From positions 1-38,827 of the forward strand of contig CAZPIK010000003.1 in the NCBI GenBank assembly GCA_964586185.1: a stretch of DNA of 38,827 bases. The letters run 5' to 3'. Origin of the DNA: an uncultured Candidatus Sumerlaeota bacterium. GTDB lineage: Bacteria > Sumerlaeota > Sumerlaeia > MVZB01 > JAJFLK01. The notes beneath the pieces are model-generated. The model was not told where the DNA came from. It ran no database searches and saw only the letters and a list, made by a program, of their open reading frames with translations. Position numbers and translations under genes: made by a program. This document shows, in pieces, positions 1 to 9,731 of this stretch (the stretch's first letter is position 1; each line of letters starts with the position of its first letter).

Positions 1-1
1 G

Positions 2-1369
2 AAAGACGCGGGCGAGATCGCTGGATTCCACGTCCGACGCGTCATTGACGAGCCAACGGCCGCGGCCATGGCGTACGGTCTGGACAAGGGAAATGATCAG
101 ACGATTCTCGTTTACGATTTGGGCGGCGGCACGTTCGACGTTTCGATCATCGAAATTATGTCGGGCGTGTTTCGCGTCCTGGCGATTCACGGCGATACCA
201 AACTCGGCGGCGACGATTTCGACCGTCGGATTATGGATCATCTGCTGGGATTATTCCAGGCCGAGCACGGCCTCGATCTGCGCAACGATCCCGTCGCAAT
301 GGCGCGGCTGCGCGACGCAGCGGAAGAAGCCAAAATCGAACTTTCCGAAATGCGCGAATCGCACATCACGATTGAAGCCATCGCGATGACCGATCAAGGG
401 CCGTTGAATCTTGAAGCCACGCTCGAGCGCTCGCAGTTCGAGATGATGATTGAGGATTTGGTTCGCAAGACGATTCAGCCGATAGAGGCGAGCATCGCGG
501 ACGCCGGGTTGGAGCGCGGAAGACTCGATACGATTCTGCTCGTCGGCGGCTCGACACGCATTCCTTTGGTTCAACGCATCGTTAAAGAAAGTCTCGGCGT
601 CAGTCCTTCGCGCGATATTTCACCCGAAGAGGTGGTGTCGCTCGGAGCGGCTATTCAGACGATCGTCCTCGCGCCAATCGAAGGGGAAATTCAGAACACG
701 CTGGCCACGCACTATGCGAAAGAAAAACCGGTCATCATTCACATGACTCCTTTCTCGCTCGGCGTGGGTCTCCAGAACGACCAGTTCGGTCCGATCATCG
801 AACGGAACTCGACCTATCCGACGGAAGCCAAGGACATTTTCACGACGACGCGCGATTTTCAGGAGACCGTCTCTTTCCCGATTTATGAGGGCGAGGAACC
901 GGTTGCTTCGGAAAATACGTTCCTAGATCTTCTGCGAATCGAGGGGATCACGCCCGCCCCGCGCGGAGTTCCCCGCGTCGAGGTGACCTTCCGTCTCAAC
1001 GCGGATCGCATTCTCGAAGTTCGCGGCGAAGACCTTGCGACAGGAGCCGAGCGGAAGATCGTCGTCAACGCGACGGCCAACCGCCTATCGGATTCCGACA
1101 AATCGCGGATGATCAAAGACGCTCGCGAACGGGTTGCCCGCGAATTGCGCGACAAGATTCGCCGGAACGTTCAAGACGAGGCCGAAGACGTCATTTCACG
1201 CGCTGAAAGTTTGCTCGGACAGTATAGCGATCATCCTCGCGCCGACGACTTGCGCGATCTTTCGAGCCGTCTCCGCCAGAGCATTGGAAATTCCGAGCCG
1301 GAAGAGATTGAAGAGATGACCTACGACCTCATGCGGATCGTGAACGAGCTTGAAGCCTCGACGATGTAA
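2..1369 (+). CDS. Hsp70/DnaK-family chaperone paralog, 5' end cut by the window edge
   Basis: Open in frame from nt 2 (KDAGEIAGFHVRRVIDEPTAAAMAYGLDK). Shows LVYDLGGGTFDVSIIEI, GDTKLGGDDFD and LVGGSTRIP actin-fold ATPase motifs and a beta-sandwich substrate domain (RGVPRVEVTFRLNADRILEV). The helical lid is short and atypical, with no canonical DnaK tail. Confidence 0.9.
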   Translation, partial: KDAGEIAGFHVRRVIDEPTAAAMAYGLDKGNDQTILVYDLGGGTFDVSIIEIMSGVFRVLAIHGDTKLGGDDFDRRIMDHLLGLFQAEHGLDLRNDPVAMARLRDAAEEAKIELSEMRESHITIEAIAMTDQGPLNLEATLERSQFEMMIEDLVRKTIQPIEASIADAGLERGRLDTILLVGGSTRIPLVQRIVKESLGVSPSRDISPEEVVSLGAAIQTIVLAPIEGEIQNTLATHYAKEKPVIIHMTPFSLGVGLQNDQFGPIIERNSTYPTEAKDIFTTTRDFQETVSFPIYEGEEPVASENTFLDLLRIEGITPAPRGVPRVEVTFRLNADRILEVRGEDLATGAERKIVVNATANRLSDSDKSRMIKDARERVARELRDKIRRNVQDEAEDVISRAESLLGQYSDHPRADDLRDLSSRLRQSIGNSEPEEIEEMTYDLMRIVNELEASTM

Positions 1370-1390
1370 TTCCGGCGGGAGGCGGTTTGG

Positions 1391-1894
1391 ATGATGACCT
1401 CCCCAGCTCTGTCATTTAGCCCTGAAGAACTTCATCTCATTAAGCGCGCCCGTGAAAAGGCGCACATACTTTACGAGGGAAAGCTCACGCCTCACCGTTC
1501 GTGCGGCGTTTGCCTCGCGGAGACTTTCGGCGTTCCGTGGCGCGCGTATCAATCGCTGCGCCGCGGCGGGATTACGGGCGAGGGTGCATGCGGTGCGATT
1601 CGCGCGGGCGAAATGATTCTCGGCGAATTGCTGGGACCGCAGAATCCCGAAGACCCCGTCGGGCAAACGTTGAAGGACGCAGTGATTTATTATCAGTCGA
1701 AATGGAAAGAAAAGCAGTCCGCCGCCGGGTGGCGCGATACGATTTGTAATACGTTGGTCGCGCCGTTCCCCGATTTCAAAAGCGAAGCCCGCGTTGGATT
1801 CTGCACAAACATGGCCGCCGATACCGCCGAACTCGTCGCCGAAACGCTAATTCGGTTTGGGCATCCTTTCAAAATTGAAGCCTTCAAATGTTGA
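1391..1894 (+). CDS. C_GCAxxG_C_C family putative redox-active protein
   Basis: 167 aa. The Cys pattern SCGVCLAETFG ... GEGACGAIRAGEMILG ... CNTLV ... FCTNM matches the spacing of the C_GCAxxG_C_C family. Starts 22 nt after the Hsp70 stop. Confidence 0.65.
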   Translation: MMTSPALSFSPEELHLIKRAREKAHILYEGKLTPHRSCGVCLAETFGVPWRAYQSLRRGGITGEGACGAIRAGEMILGELLGPQNPEDPVGQTLKDAVIYYQSKWKEKQSAAGWRDTICNTLVAPFPDFKSEARVGFCTNMAADTAELVAETLIRFGHPFKIEAFKC

Positions 1895-1924
1895 TGCTCT
1901 TTCTCGAACTCGGAGACAAGTGAA

Positions 1925-2965
1925 TTGAGTCCCGTTGAAACCGCCCATGCCGTTGATCCGAGACGCCAATTGACACTGGCGCGGATACTCGGACACGCCG
2001 CCGCGAGAGACTACCTCCTGCGTTCCATTCGCGAGCGCAAGCTTCCGCAAGCGATCCTTATTTCTGGAGCTATGGGCGTCGGCAAACGGACGCTCGGCTG
2101 GGCGCTGGCTCGTGAAATCGTCGCCGCGAGTGAGGGCGCGGACGCCGAGTCGCATTCGGGTTCGCATAAAATTTCACGAGGCACACACCCGGACGTTTTT
2201 CTGCTCGAACCGAATTCTCCATCGGGTCAATTGCTCGTGGACGACGTCCGCGCTTTTGAAGATTGGGCTTCGCGATATCCCATCCAGATGGAATCAAAGA
2301 TCGGTCTATTGCATTTCGTCGAACGGATGAACGTGAGTTCCGGGAATGCGCTGCTGAAGTTGCTCGAGGAGCCGCCCCAGCATTTGCAACTCATCCTTAT
2401 TTGCAGCGATCCTGCGCGGCTATTGCCCACGATTCGATCTCGATGCGCGCCGCTTCCGCTTGAAGCCGTTTCGACGGAGGAACTCGTGCCGTGGCTCGTC
2501 GAACGCGCAAAGGTTGGGGCGGATCGCGCGAAACTCGCCGCCGAACTTGCGGAGGGACGCCCCGGCTTTGCGCTGCAATTGCTCGGAGAGGGCGGTCTGG
2601 AGAAACGGGAGAAAATCGTTCGGGAAATGGCCGCGCTCAAGCAGCACGGATTCGCTTCGGTGTTTGGTGTTGCCGACCGATTGAATTCAATCCATCCCAA
2701 CGATGCGTCGTCCACTTTGCGAACGCTCGTGGCCATCCTGCGGGATGCGCTTGCGCTCGCGATGGGTTCAACATCCATTCTGAATCGTGATCTTGAACGC
2801 GAACTCCGCGCGCTGGGCGACGGACTCTCGACCGAAGGCTTGCTCGAAGCCGCAATGGCCGCCGAGACCGCCGCCGCTGAAGCCCCCTACTATTTCGGCG
2901 CGGCTTCAAATCATTTTCTTGAAACGTTGATGATGCGGATGGGAAAACGGCTTCGTCGTGGCTGA
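1925..2965 (+). CDS. holB: DNA polymerase III delta-prime subunit
   Basis: 346 aa with GAMGVGKRT P-loop, HPDVFLLEP, GNALLKLLEEPP and LPTIRSRC (SRC motif) of the clamp-loader delta-prime. TTG start with GGAG 9 nt upstream. Confidence 0.85.
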   Translation: MSPVETAHAVDPRRQLTLARILGHAAARDYLLRSIRERKLPQAILISGAMGVGKRTLGWALAREIVAASEGADAESHSGSHKISRGTHPDVFLLEPNSPSGQLLVDDVRAFEDWASRYPIQMESKIGLLHFVERMNVSSGNALLKLLEEPPQHLQLILICSDPARLLPTIRSRCAPLPLEAVSTEELVPWLVERAKVGADRAKLAAELAEGRPGFALQLLGEGGLEKREKIVREMAALKQHGFASVFGVADRLNSIHPNDASSTLRTLVAILRDALALAMGSTSILNRDLERELRALGDGLSTEGLLEAAMAAETAAAEAPYYFGAASNHFLETLMMRMGKRLRRG

Positions 2966-2979
2966 AGAGCAATTCCGCG

Positions 2980-4311
2980 TCAGAAAAGTTCCATGATGGG
3001 TTTGCCCTTGTCGGCAACGGTGAAAGGACGACCCGATGGCGAGTAAAGGATTTTGTCGAGCGGGATGCCCTGCGCTTGCGCGATCGTGGCGTTGAAATCG
3101 GGAACGCCAACTTCGTTCTCGATGACGTCTTCTCCGCGTTCATCGGTCTTGCCCCAAACTTGTCCGCCTTTGATACCGCCGCCCGCCAGCAGACACGAGA
3201 ATGCTTTGGGGTGATGGTTGCGGCCTTCGGTTTCGTTGATCTTGGGTGAACGACCAAATTCCGTCGCGACCACGACGAGAGTTGAATCGAGTAGGCCGCT
3301 GGATTTGAGATCATCGAGCAATGCGGAGAGAGCGCGATCAAGCGAACCCGCAAGGTCCTCGATCCGCTCGAAGTTGTCCACGTGCGTGTCCCAGCCGCCC
3401 GAATTGACCTCGACGAACCGAACGCCGTGCTCGACGAGACGCCGCGCGAGCAAGCAGCCCATGCCGAAATCGGTTTCCCTGGCGTTGGCCTTTGCATTCG
3501 CGCCGCCTTCGCCGCGTGATTGTCGAAGATACCGCGCGCGGGTTTCGTCCGATTCCTGACTGAGATCAAACGCCGCCAAGTCCTGGCTCTTCATGAGGCT
3601 CAAGGCTTCCTTATAGAGATCGTTGTAGGCTCGGACTTCTTGAGTGTCGTATTCCTTGTGGAACTCGCGGTCGAATTGATCCACGAGCGTGAGGCGTTTC
3701 TGCAGCTGCTCTTCGGTAACGCCCGCGGGTAATTTGCTGTTCTGCAATCCCGCTTCGGGGTCGCCGATAGGAACCGGCGCGCAGCTTGCCTCGAAAAATC
3801 CCGCGCCCGGATGACGACTCCCGCCGGAGACGAGCACATTGGCGGGCATCGTCGGATTGATCCGACCTTTCATTTTGGTCGTCCATGCGCCAAGCGATGG
3901 ATGAACGATGGTTCCGCGTTTGGTGTATCCCGTATGCATAAAATGAACGCCGCGCTCGTGATCGCCTTGCGTTGACTTGAGCGAACGAACGACCGCGACA
4001 TGATTCATCCGCTTCGCCATTTCCGGCAGATGCTGGCTGATACGGATGCCATCCACGTTGGTATTTATAACCTGAGTGGGACCTTGCTCTTCGGTTCCAG
4101 GTTTGGGATCAAAGGTATCGAGGTGGCTCATACCGCCGGAGAGATAAAGATAAATGACCTGCTTGGCTTTTCCCTCGGCAGGAGCGGCATTGCCGAAGAC
4201 CTGATTCGCGCCGATGAGCGGTCCCGCCGTGACGCCGAGGAACGAAGTCGCCGCCCACGACATAAATGAGCGGCGCGTGATTTCGTCCTGATGATTGAGA
4301 AATGATTTCAT
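2980..4311 (-). CDS. DUF1501 domain protein (sulfatase/phosphatase-fold, Tat-exported)
   Basis: 443 aa. Twin-arginine signal TRRSFMSWAATSFLGVTA. GGMSHLDTFDPKP and NSGGWDTH motifs are typical of DUF1501. Lies 21 nt downstream of the DUF1549/DUF1553 gene. Confidence 0.85.
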   Translation of the reverse strand: MKSFLNHQDEITRRSFMSWAATSFLGVTAGPLIGANQVFGNAAPAEGKAKQVIYLYLSGGMSHLDTFDPKPGTEEQGPTQVINTNVDGIRISQHLPEMAKRMNHVAVVRSLKSTQGDHERGVHFMHTGYTKRGTIVHPSLGAWTTKMKGRINPTMPANVLVSGGSRHPGAGFFEASCAPVPIGDPEAGLQNSKLPAGVTEEQLQKRLTLVDQFDREFHKEYDTQEVRAYNDLYKEALSLMKSQDLAAFDLSQESDETRARYLRQSRGEGGANAKANARETDFGMGCLLARRLVEHGVRFVEVNSGGWDTHVDNFERIEDLAGSLDRALSALLDDLKSSGLLDSTLVVVATEFGRSPKINETEGRNHHPKAFSCLLAGGGIKGGQVWGKTDERGEDVIENEVGVPDFNATIAQAQGIPLDKILYSPSGRPFTVADKGKPIMELF

Positions 4312-4332
4312 GGCTAATGGCTCCTTGCCGAA

Positions 4333-6825
4333 TTATCGGATGAACATGAATCGTTGTGTATTCAGAAGCGCCCAGACAAGTTCCTGAACGCCTTTGGTCG
4401 GATCGCTGCCAATCGTTTCTTGCGCGAGTTGAAGCTCGGCGCCCGTCGGATAGGTGTTGTAGATCATGAGGAAAACCGCTTCGGCCATATCGCTTGGTGT
4501 GCGACCCGTGAGGTCGAGCGTGCGATTGAGCTGCGAATTCGGTTTGGCGAGTTCCTTGTAACCGGGGCCATTGAGCAGCGTCAGGATTTGCGGGACGGTC
4601 GCGGTTGTATTCGCCCCTTCGATGGTCTCGCGATCGGATTGACCGAACTGTTCGAGGAAATGTCCGGCGGGAGCGGGCTGCTGCAATTCGGATGCGCGGA
4701 CGAATCCGGGATTGAACGGAACTTCCTTCGGCTTGGCCTTGGCTTTGGCCATCGCTCGCGCCTTGGCCTTGGCTTTAACTTGCTGAAGCATCCGTTGCTC
4801 CATCATTTCTTCGCGCTCGGCGATTTTTGAGGCGCGCTTCGGATTTGCCTTTCCGGCGGTCAAGACAAAAGGCGAAGACGATTCGTTCATCGCGTCGGAA
4901 AGTCCTTTCGCTTTTTTCGCAGGAGCCGCGGGCGACATCATTTCATCATCCGAACCGACTTCGGGCGCGGCTTTTTTGGCTGGCGCTTTCTTCGGTCCTC
5001 GGCGATTCGCAAGTTCCTCGGCAAGACCCAGCAACTCTTCCGGCGACATGTTTCGAATTCGCTCGATTTCCTCCAACGATTCGCCGTAACCCTTGTTGCG
5101 CTTGCCCTGGCGTTGATCAATTCCCGGAACTGTGAGCGTCATCACCGAATCCCAAATCTGTTCGGCGGACATCCGACGTAAAACGGGTCCGGGGAAATGG
5201 TAAACGGCATCGCCGCCTTCAAAGACCGAGGATTGGCGTTGGTAGGTCTTCGTATTGTAAATGATTCGCAGGAATTCCTTTTGGTTGTACTTGAGGCTTT
5301 TCATGAGTTCAGTGAGGTAAGCCATGAGCGCGGGATTCGAAGCCTGAGTATCGTCCTTGATGTCGTCAACGGGTTCGATGAGACCGCGCCCCATCGCCTG
5401 CTTCCAGAGACGATTGGCAATGACCATCGCGAAACGGGGATTATCCGGCGAAGTCATCCAATCGGCGTAAGCCTGAAGACGACTCTTGGGATGGAGCGGG
5501 GCGGCTTCCGCATTGAAGAGAGCCGCGGGCGCGACGACCGATTTTGGCTTTGCGTCCTCGTATTTATAATTGTCGGGAAGTCGAAGTTGCCGTTTGGGGT
5601 CTTCGCTGACAAAACCATATCGGGTGTCGCGAACCAGCTTCCGCGCCGTTTGTTTGACGTTGTTATCGAGATCCATTTGAGCAAGGACTTGATACTTTTG
5701 TCGTTCCCCCTTTTCAGGCCGGCGCACCGTCTCGACTCCCGCCGTGAAGGCAGCCATTTCGAAAAATTCCTTTTGGGTCCATTTATCGAAGGGATGATTG
5801 TGGCATTGCGCGCACGAAAGGCTTGTGCCGAGGAACAGCTGCACCGTATTGGCCATGTTATCAAGCGGCATTCCGCTATCGCGGAGATAATATCCCGACG
5901 CGCCGTTTTCGTAGATGTGCCCGTCGGCGGTCAGCAACTCGCGGACAAACTGATCGTACGGTTTCTCCTTGCGAATCGAGTCCTTCACCCAATCCTGATA
6001 ATTCCCCGAACTGACTTGCCGGAACCGGCTTTGCATCCGCAGGAGATCGGCCCAGTAATTGTATTGACGGCTAACGTAGGCTTCGGAGCCGAGGAGCGCG
6101 TTGATCAATTGTTCGCGTTTATTCGGTGCGGCAGATTCAAGAAATGAAACCGTTTCGTCGTAGGTTGGAATGCGCCCGGCGGCATCAAGATAAATACGAC
6201 GGAGAAACGTGGCGTCGTCCGTTGCGGGATTCGGTTGGACGTTATGCGTTTTGTAATTTGCCGCGACGAGTTCATCTATCTGACGCGCGGCTCCCTTCAG
6301 CGATCTATCAACGGGAACAGGCGAAACGGGAACGGCGAAGGAAATCGGCGCTTTGGCGACGGACTTCGCGGCTTCGGCGGGTGCAGGCGAATCCTTCTTT
6401 TTCTCCGAAGTCGCGGCCGATTTCGTTGCGCCGAAATCATGCGCCGTCCATGATCCGAAGTTACAACCCTCGGCGATCCACTCGCGGAGTTTGTTAAGTT
6501 GTTCCGGCGTTAGGGGTTCCCCTTTTCCTTCGGGCGGCATCACGTCCACGTCGTCTTTGGGAAGCGAAGCTAATTTATAAAGGAGACTTTCATCGGGTTT
6601 TCCGGGAACGATGATCTTATTTTTTTTGCTTCCGCGCAGAATGCCTTCGGAGGTATCGAGCCGAAGTCCGGCTTTGGGCGCGCCTTTAACCGTGCTATGG
6701 CATTCCATGCACTTGGATTCGAGAACCGGTTCGATATCGCGGCTGAAATCCACAGCGGCGGAGGCACCAAAAGCGATCGCAAAAATCGCGCTTCCAAGCG
6801 ACAAAACTCGATTTATTCGCATCAT
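4333..6825 (-). CDS. PSCyt1 / DUF1549 (PSCyt2) / DUF1553 (PSD1) multidomain exported protein
   Basis: 830 aa. Signal peptide, CMECHS (CxxCH) near the N-terminus, FLRRIYLDAAGRIPT (DUF1549-like), CAQCHNHPFDKW, and a long C-terminal DUF1553-like region. GGAGGAA RBS at 6833-6839 on the minus strand. Confidence 0.85.
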   Translation of the reverse strand: MMRINRVLSLGSAIFAIAFGASAAVDFSRDIEPVLESKCMECHSTVKGAPKAGLRLDTSEGILRGSKKNKIIVPGKPDESLLYKLASLPKDDVDVMPPEGKGEPLTPEQLNKLREWIAEGCNFGSWTAHDFGATKSAATSEKKKDSPAPAEAAKSVAKAPISFAVPVSPVPVDRSLKGAARQIDELVAANYKTHNVQPNPATDDATFLRRIYLDAAGRIPTYDETVSFLESAAPNKREQLINALLGSEAYVSRQYNYWADLLRMQSRFRQVSSGNYQDWVKDSIRKEKPYDQFVRELLTADGHIYENGASGYYLRDSGMPLDNMANTVQLFLGTSLSCAQCHNHPFDKWTQKEFFEMAAFTAGVETVRRPEKGERQKYQVLAQMDLDNNVKQTARKLVRDTRYGFVSEDPKRQLRLPDNYKYEDAKPKSVVAPAALFNAEAAPLHPKSRLQAYADWMTSPDNPRFAMVIANRLWKQAMGRGLIEPVDDIKDDTQASNPALMAYLTELMKSLKYNQKEFLRIIYNTKTYQRQSSVFEGGDAVYHFPGPVLRRMSAEQIWDSVMTLTVPGIDQRQGKRNKGYGESLEEIERIRNMSPEELLGLAEELANRRGPKKAPAKKAAPEVGSDDEMMSPAAPAKKAKGLSDAMNESSSPFVLTAGKANPKRASKIAEREEMMEQRMLQQVKAKAKARAMAKAKAKPKEVPFNPGFVRASELQQPAPAGHFLEQFGQSDRETIEGANTTATVPQILTLLNGPGYKELAKPNSQLNRTLDLTGRTPSDMAEAVFLMIYNTYPTGAELQLAQETIGSDPTKGVQELVWALLNTQRFMFIR

Positions 6826-6950
6826 GATTTTGTTCCTCCAACCCCGAAATGGGGACTTCGTTCAGCCGCAGCGTCCCATATCGTACATCTGCAGCCAAGC
6901 TTACACCCGATTCAGGGTTGGAGCAACGATTAGGCCAATTGAATACCAAC

Positions 6951-7517
6951 TTACGGGCCAAATCGCATCATATCGCCATTGCTTACCGTGCCGTTGCTGG
7001 GATCATAAAGTGTTGTGCCGTGATCGTCGTCGAGATCGGGGCCAAACGACCAAAGCGTCCACTCCACGGCACGCTCCTGACCGGTCAAGCTCAGGAAGTG
7101 TTGATGGACGTGCCCCGCCGGCTGAAACTTCCCAAGGTAAATCACTTCATAGTTGTGCATATAGAAATAGGTCGTCGGCTCCGAATGATCCAATCCCGTC
7201 CGGTCGCCGGGAAAGGGATCGAGAGGAAGGCTTGTCATATACGCGATCGGAGTCGTGATCGAAGTTGGAATGAACACAACCGGCTCGCCGAAACCCAACG
7301 CATAATCGCGGGGATTATCGTAGGGGGGGTACATGTTGTGATCCACGGCGTAGGCTTCGAGCGCCGTGGCGACGGATCGCTGGTCGGCCTGCGCGCGGGA
7401 AATTTTCGCCCGCGTCTGCGCCTCCAAAAAATTGGGAACCGCAATGGCCGCAAGGATCGCAATGATCGCCACGACGATCAGAAGTTCGATGAGAGTGAAA
7501 GCGCGATGCATGGACAT
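6951..7517 (-). CDS. Prepilin-type N-terminal cleavage/methylation protein (GspG-like pseudopilin)
   Basis: 188 aa from ATG 7517: MSMHRAFTLIELLIVVAIIAILAAIAVPNF, with a GspG-like C-terminus (SFGPDLDDD...NGD). The longer ORF-track start at 7628 overlaps the upstream gene and adds an Arg/Ser-rich stretch that does not look coding. Confidence 0.85.
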   Translation of the reverse strand: MSMHRAFTLIELLIVVAIIAILAAIAVPNFLEAQTRAKISRAQADQRSVATALEAYAVDHNMYPPYDNPRDYALGFGEPVVFIPTSITTPIAYMTSLPLDPFPGDRTGLDHSEPTTYFYMHNYEVIYLGKFQPAGHVHQHFLSLTGQERAVEWTLWSFGPDLDDDHGTTLYDPSNGTVSNGDMMRFGP

Positions 7518-7527
7518 TGAATCCGCC

Positions 7528-7893
7528 TTATTTCGCCTCTTCGGCCTTCTCGATGATGATGGCGCGAAGTCCTTCCCGCTCGACGATCTCGCCGGTCGCT
7601 TTGACCTTCTTGCCCCAGAGTTCGGCAAAGATTTCCGACGGCTTCGACCCGCCCGAGGTCATGACGAGGTAAAGTTCCTTCTTGCCATTTTCCTCGATCA
7701 AGAAACCAGCGGGCTGCCCTTTTTTGCCGACGCAGTTTCTGGCGCAGCTCGCGCTGTTGTGACCATCAACCAGATAACAGGCGAGGTCTATCGGTTCGCC
7801 CGTGAAGCTCTTGGCCTTTTCTTCCGCGCGGATCGCGAAGGGAACCCATGCGATAAGCGCCAGCATAAGAACCACGATGATATTCCGTTTCAT
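7528..7893 (-). CDS. Small secreted Cys-containing hypothetical protein
   Basis: 121 aa. Sec signal MKRNIIVVLMLALIAWVPFAIRA, three Cys (ACYL, SCARNC), GGAG RBS 8 nt upstream. The stop lies 10 nt before the pseudopilin start. No family recognised. Confidence 0.6.
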   Translation of the reverse strand: MKRNIIVVLMLALIAWVPFAIRAEEKAKSFTGEPIDLACYLVDGHNSASCARNCVGKKGQPAGFLIEENGKKELYLVMTSGGSKPSEIFAELWGKKVKATGEIVEREGLRAIIIEKAEEAK

Positions 7894-7939
7894 GATGCAT
7901 TCTCCTTTTCATCCAAACTGTTTCAAAGAGGTGAATGAC

Positions 7940-7963
7940 GGGGTCATCCCGACCGATGACCCC
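7940..7963 (-). other. Intercistronic hairpin between the LamG gene and the small secreted protein gene
   Basis: 9-bp stem GGGGTCATC / GATGACCCC with a 6-nt loop. No clear U-tract on the transcribed (minus) strand, so it may be an attenuator, processing or stabilising structure. Confidence 0.4.
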
Positions 7964-7985
7964 GCCGCCCATCCGGGACACAAGA

Positions 7986-9665
7986 TCAATCGTATTTGAT
8001 CCACTCCGGTCCCGCCGAATTGCAAAGCCCCGTGCCGCGGCCATTATCAAAAGGTCCCGCGACCGCGCCGTTTTGGCTCCAGTCCTTGTTCCACATCGTC
8101 ACTTCATCCAAATAAGTCTTTCCGATGAGGTTGTTGATGCGGAGTTTGCTCGCGTCGTGAACCTTGAGAGCTGTCAAATCGAGATTCGTCGTCGTGACTC
8201 CCACCGGTTCGCCGTTCAAATAGAGCCTCGCCAAAGTTCCCGTGCTGTAAACGTCGTGATCAATCGGCAAGGGTTCATAGTGCTGTCCCACCGAATGAAT
8301 CGCGAGGCCGACGTGCAACCATTGACCGAGCGGAGCCATGGAGGGGCTTACCGCGCCCCAATTCGTGAACCCGGGAGCCGGACGGTAATCGCCGTGCGTT
8401 CCCGCAACGCCAAATCGGTCGTTAACCGGATTCAGCGTATCGCGGCGCAATGCGATTTTTGCGCCGCTTTGCAGGCCGAACTCGACGGATGCCGAGGTCA
8501 ATGAGTTATCCCACTTGAACCACGCTTCGATGGATAGATCGCCTGCGAGACCGGATAGCGTATCCACGCTGGCCGAGGATTGCGCGGACTGAAAATACAT
8601 CGAGTGGGAGGCAAAGATTCCAGAGGGAACGTCCACGGAAGTTACCATATCGGTTCCCGCGGGCGAGCCAATCAGCAGACCGCGCCCAACCGGCAGGCAC
8701 TGAACCGTCGGAATGATTTGCCCCGGATCGTGGAACGGCGGTTCAAAATGATAAACGCCGAGCGCAAACGGATCGGAGTCGTTCACGCGCGTCCACGGCA
8801 TTCGACAATTTCCCACTCCGCGCCCGTCGTCAAACGGATCCAGATTTGCGCCGTTGTCCGACCAGTCTCTACTCCATATCGCGACCTCATCAATCAGGAT
8901 GTTGCCGCCCGCAATATTGTTGACCCGAAGTTTGGAGGCGTCATGCACCTTGAGTCCCGTGAGGTCGAGCGTGAACGGAAAACTCCCCGTGGGATGGCCA
9001 TTCAGAAAGAATCGCGCGAGCGAACCGGTGCTATAAACGTCATGCGCCGCGACGGTGTCAAAATGCTGTCCGGTCGAATGAATCGTCAGGCCGACGTGAA
9101 GCCATTCATCGAACGGAGCTTCGCTGACCCCCGCCGTCGGCCAATCAATAAAGCCCGGTGCGTCGCGATAGTCGCCATGCGTCCCCGCGATGCCAAACCG
9201 ATCCTTCGAAGCATTTGTAATGTCACGCGTTAAGGCAATCCGCGCGCCGCTCCGCAGACCAATTTCAATGGATGAGGAGGTCATCGAGTTTTCCCATTTG
9301 AACCAAAACTCGATGGTGAGATCGCCCGCGAGATTTAAGAGCGTCTCGGTCGTCTCAGCGTTTTGCGCCGAGGCGTAACGGATCGAACGGGGACCAAAGA
9401 TCGGTTCGACGAGATCAATCGAGGTCGTCAGATTGGCTCCGCTCGGCGTTCCGATATAGAGTCCGCGCCCGATGGGAACGCAGGTATCCGATTCGAAGAT
9501 TTCGCCGGGGTTTTGGCTGTTGCTGTTGAAGTGATAAAGCCCCAGCAATTGCGGATCAGCGGCGTTGACGCGCGTCCAATCCACATGCGCGTAGGCTGAG
9601 GCAGCCCACAAGAAAGTGAGGAAGACCGCAATCCCGCAGGATCGCAGCCGCGATATGCAAAACAT
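7986..9665 (-). CDS. Secreted protein with two tandem LamG/concanavalin-A-like domains
   Basis: 559 aa with a signal peptide. Two ~265-aa repeats each carry LAGDL(T/S)IE(F/A)WFKW, WLHVGL(T/A)IHS, LNG(H/E)P(T/V)G and IDEV(A/T)(I/M)W, as in Laminin_G_3-type domains. Confidence 0.8.
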   Translation of the reverse strand: MFCISRLRSCGIAVFLTFLWAASAYAHVDWTRVNAADPQLLGLYHFNSNSQNPGEIFESDTCVPIGRGLYIGTPSGANLTTSIDLVEPIFGPRSIRYASAQNAETTETLLNLAGDLTIEFWFKWENSMTSSSIEIGLRSGARIALTRDITNASKDRFGIAGTHGDYRDAPGFIDWPTAGVSEAPFDEWLHVGLTIHSTGQHFDTVAAHDVYSTGSLARFFLNGHPTGSFPFTLDLTGLKVHDASKLRVNNIAGGNILIDEVAIWSRDWSDNGANLDPFDDGRGVGNCRMPWTRVNDSDPFALGVYHFEPPFHDPGQIIPTVQCLPVGRGLLIGSPAGTDMVTSVDVPSGIFASHSMYFQSAQSSASVDTLSGLAGDLSIEAWFKWDNSLTSASVEFGLQSGAKIALRRDTLNPVNDRFGVAGTHGDYRPAPGFTNWGAVSPSMAPLGQWLHVGLAIHSVGQHYEPLPIDHDVYSTGTLARLYLNGEPVGVTTTNLDLTALKVHDASKLRINNLIGKTYLDEVTMWNKDWSQNGAVAGPFDNGRGTGLCNSAGPEWIKYD

Positions 9666-9731
9666 GGAAGCAGAACCTTTCCGAGTCTATTAAGAGGGGA
9701 AAAACCGAAATCCGAACGACGCTAGGTTATC

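Noticed and set aside
6951-7628. Longer 225-aa version of the pseudopilin ORF
   Set aside because: The extra 37 codons overlap the upstream gene and encode an Arg/Ser/Lys-rich stretch. Prepilin leaders are short, and ATG 7517 gives the canonical leader.
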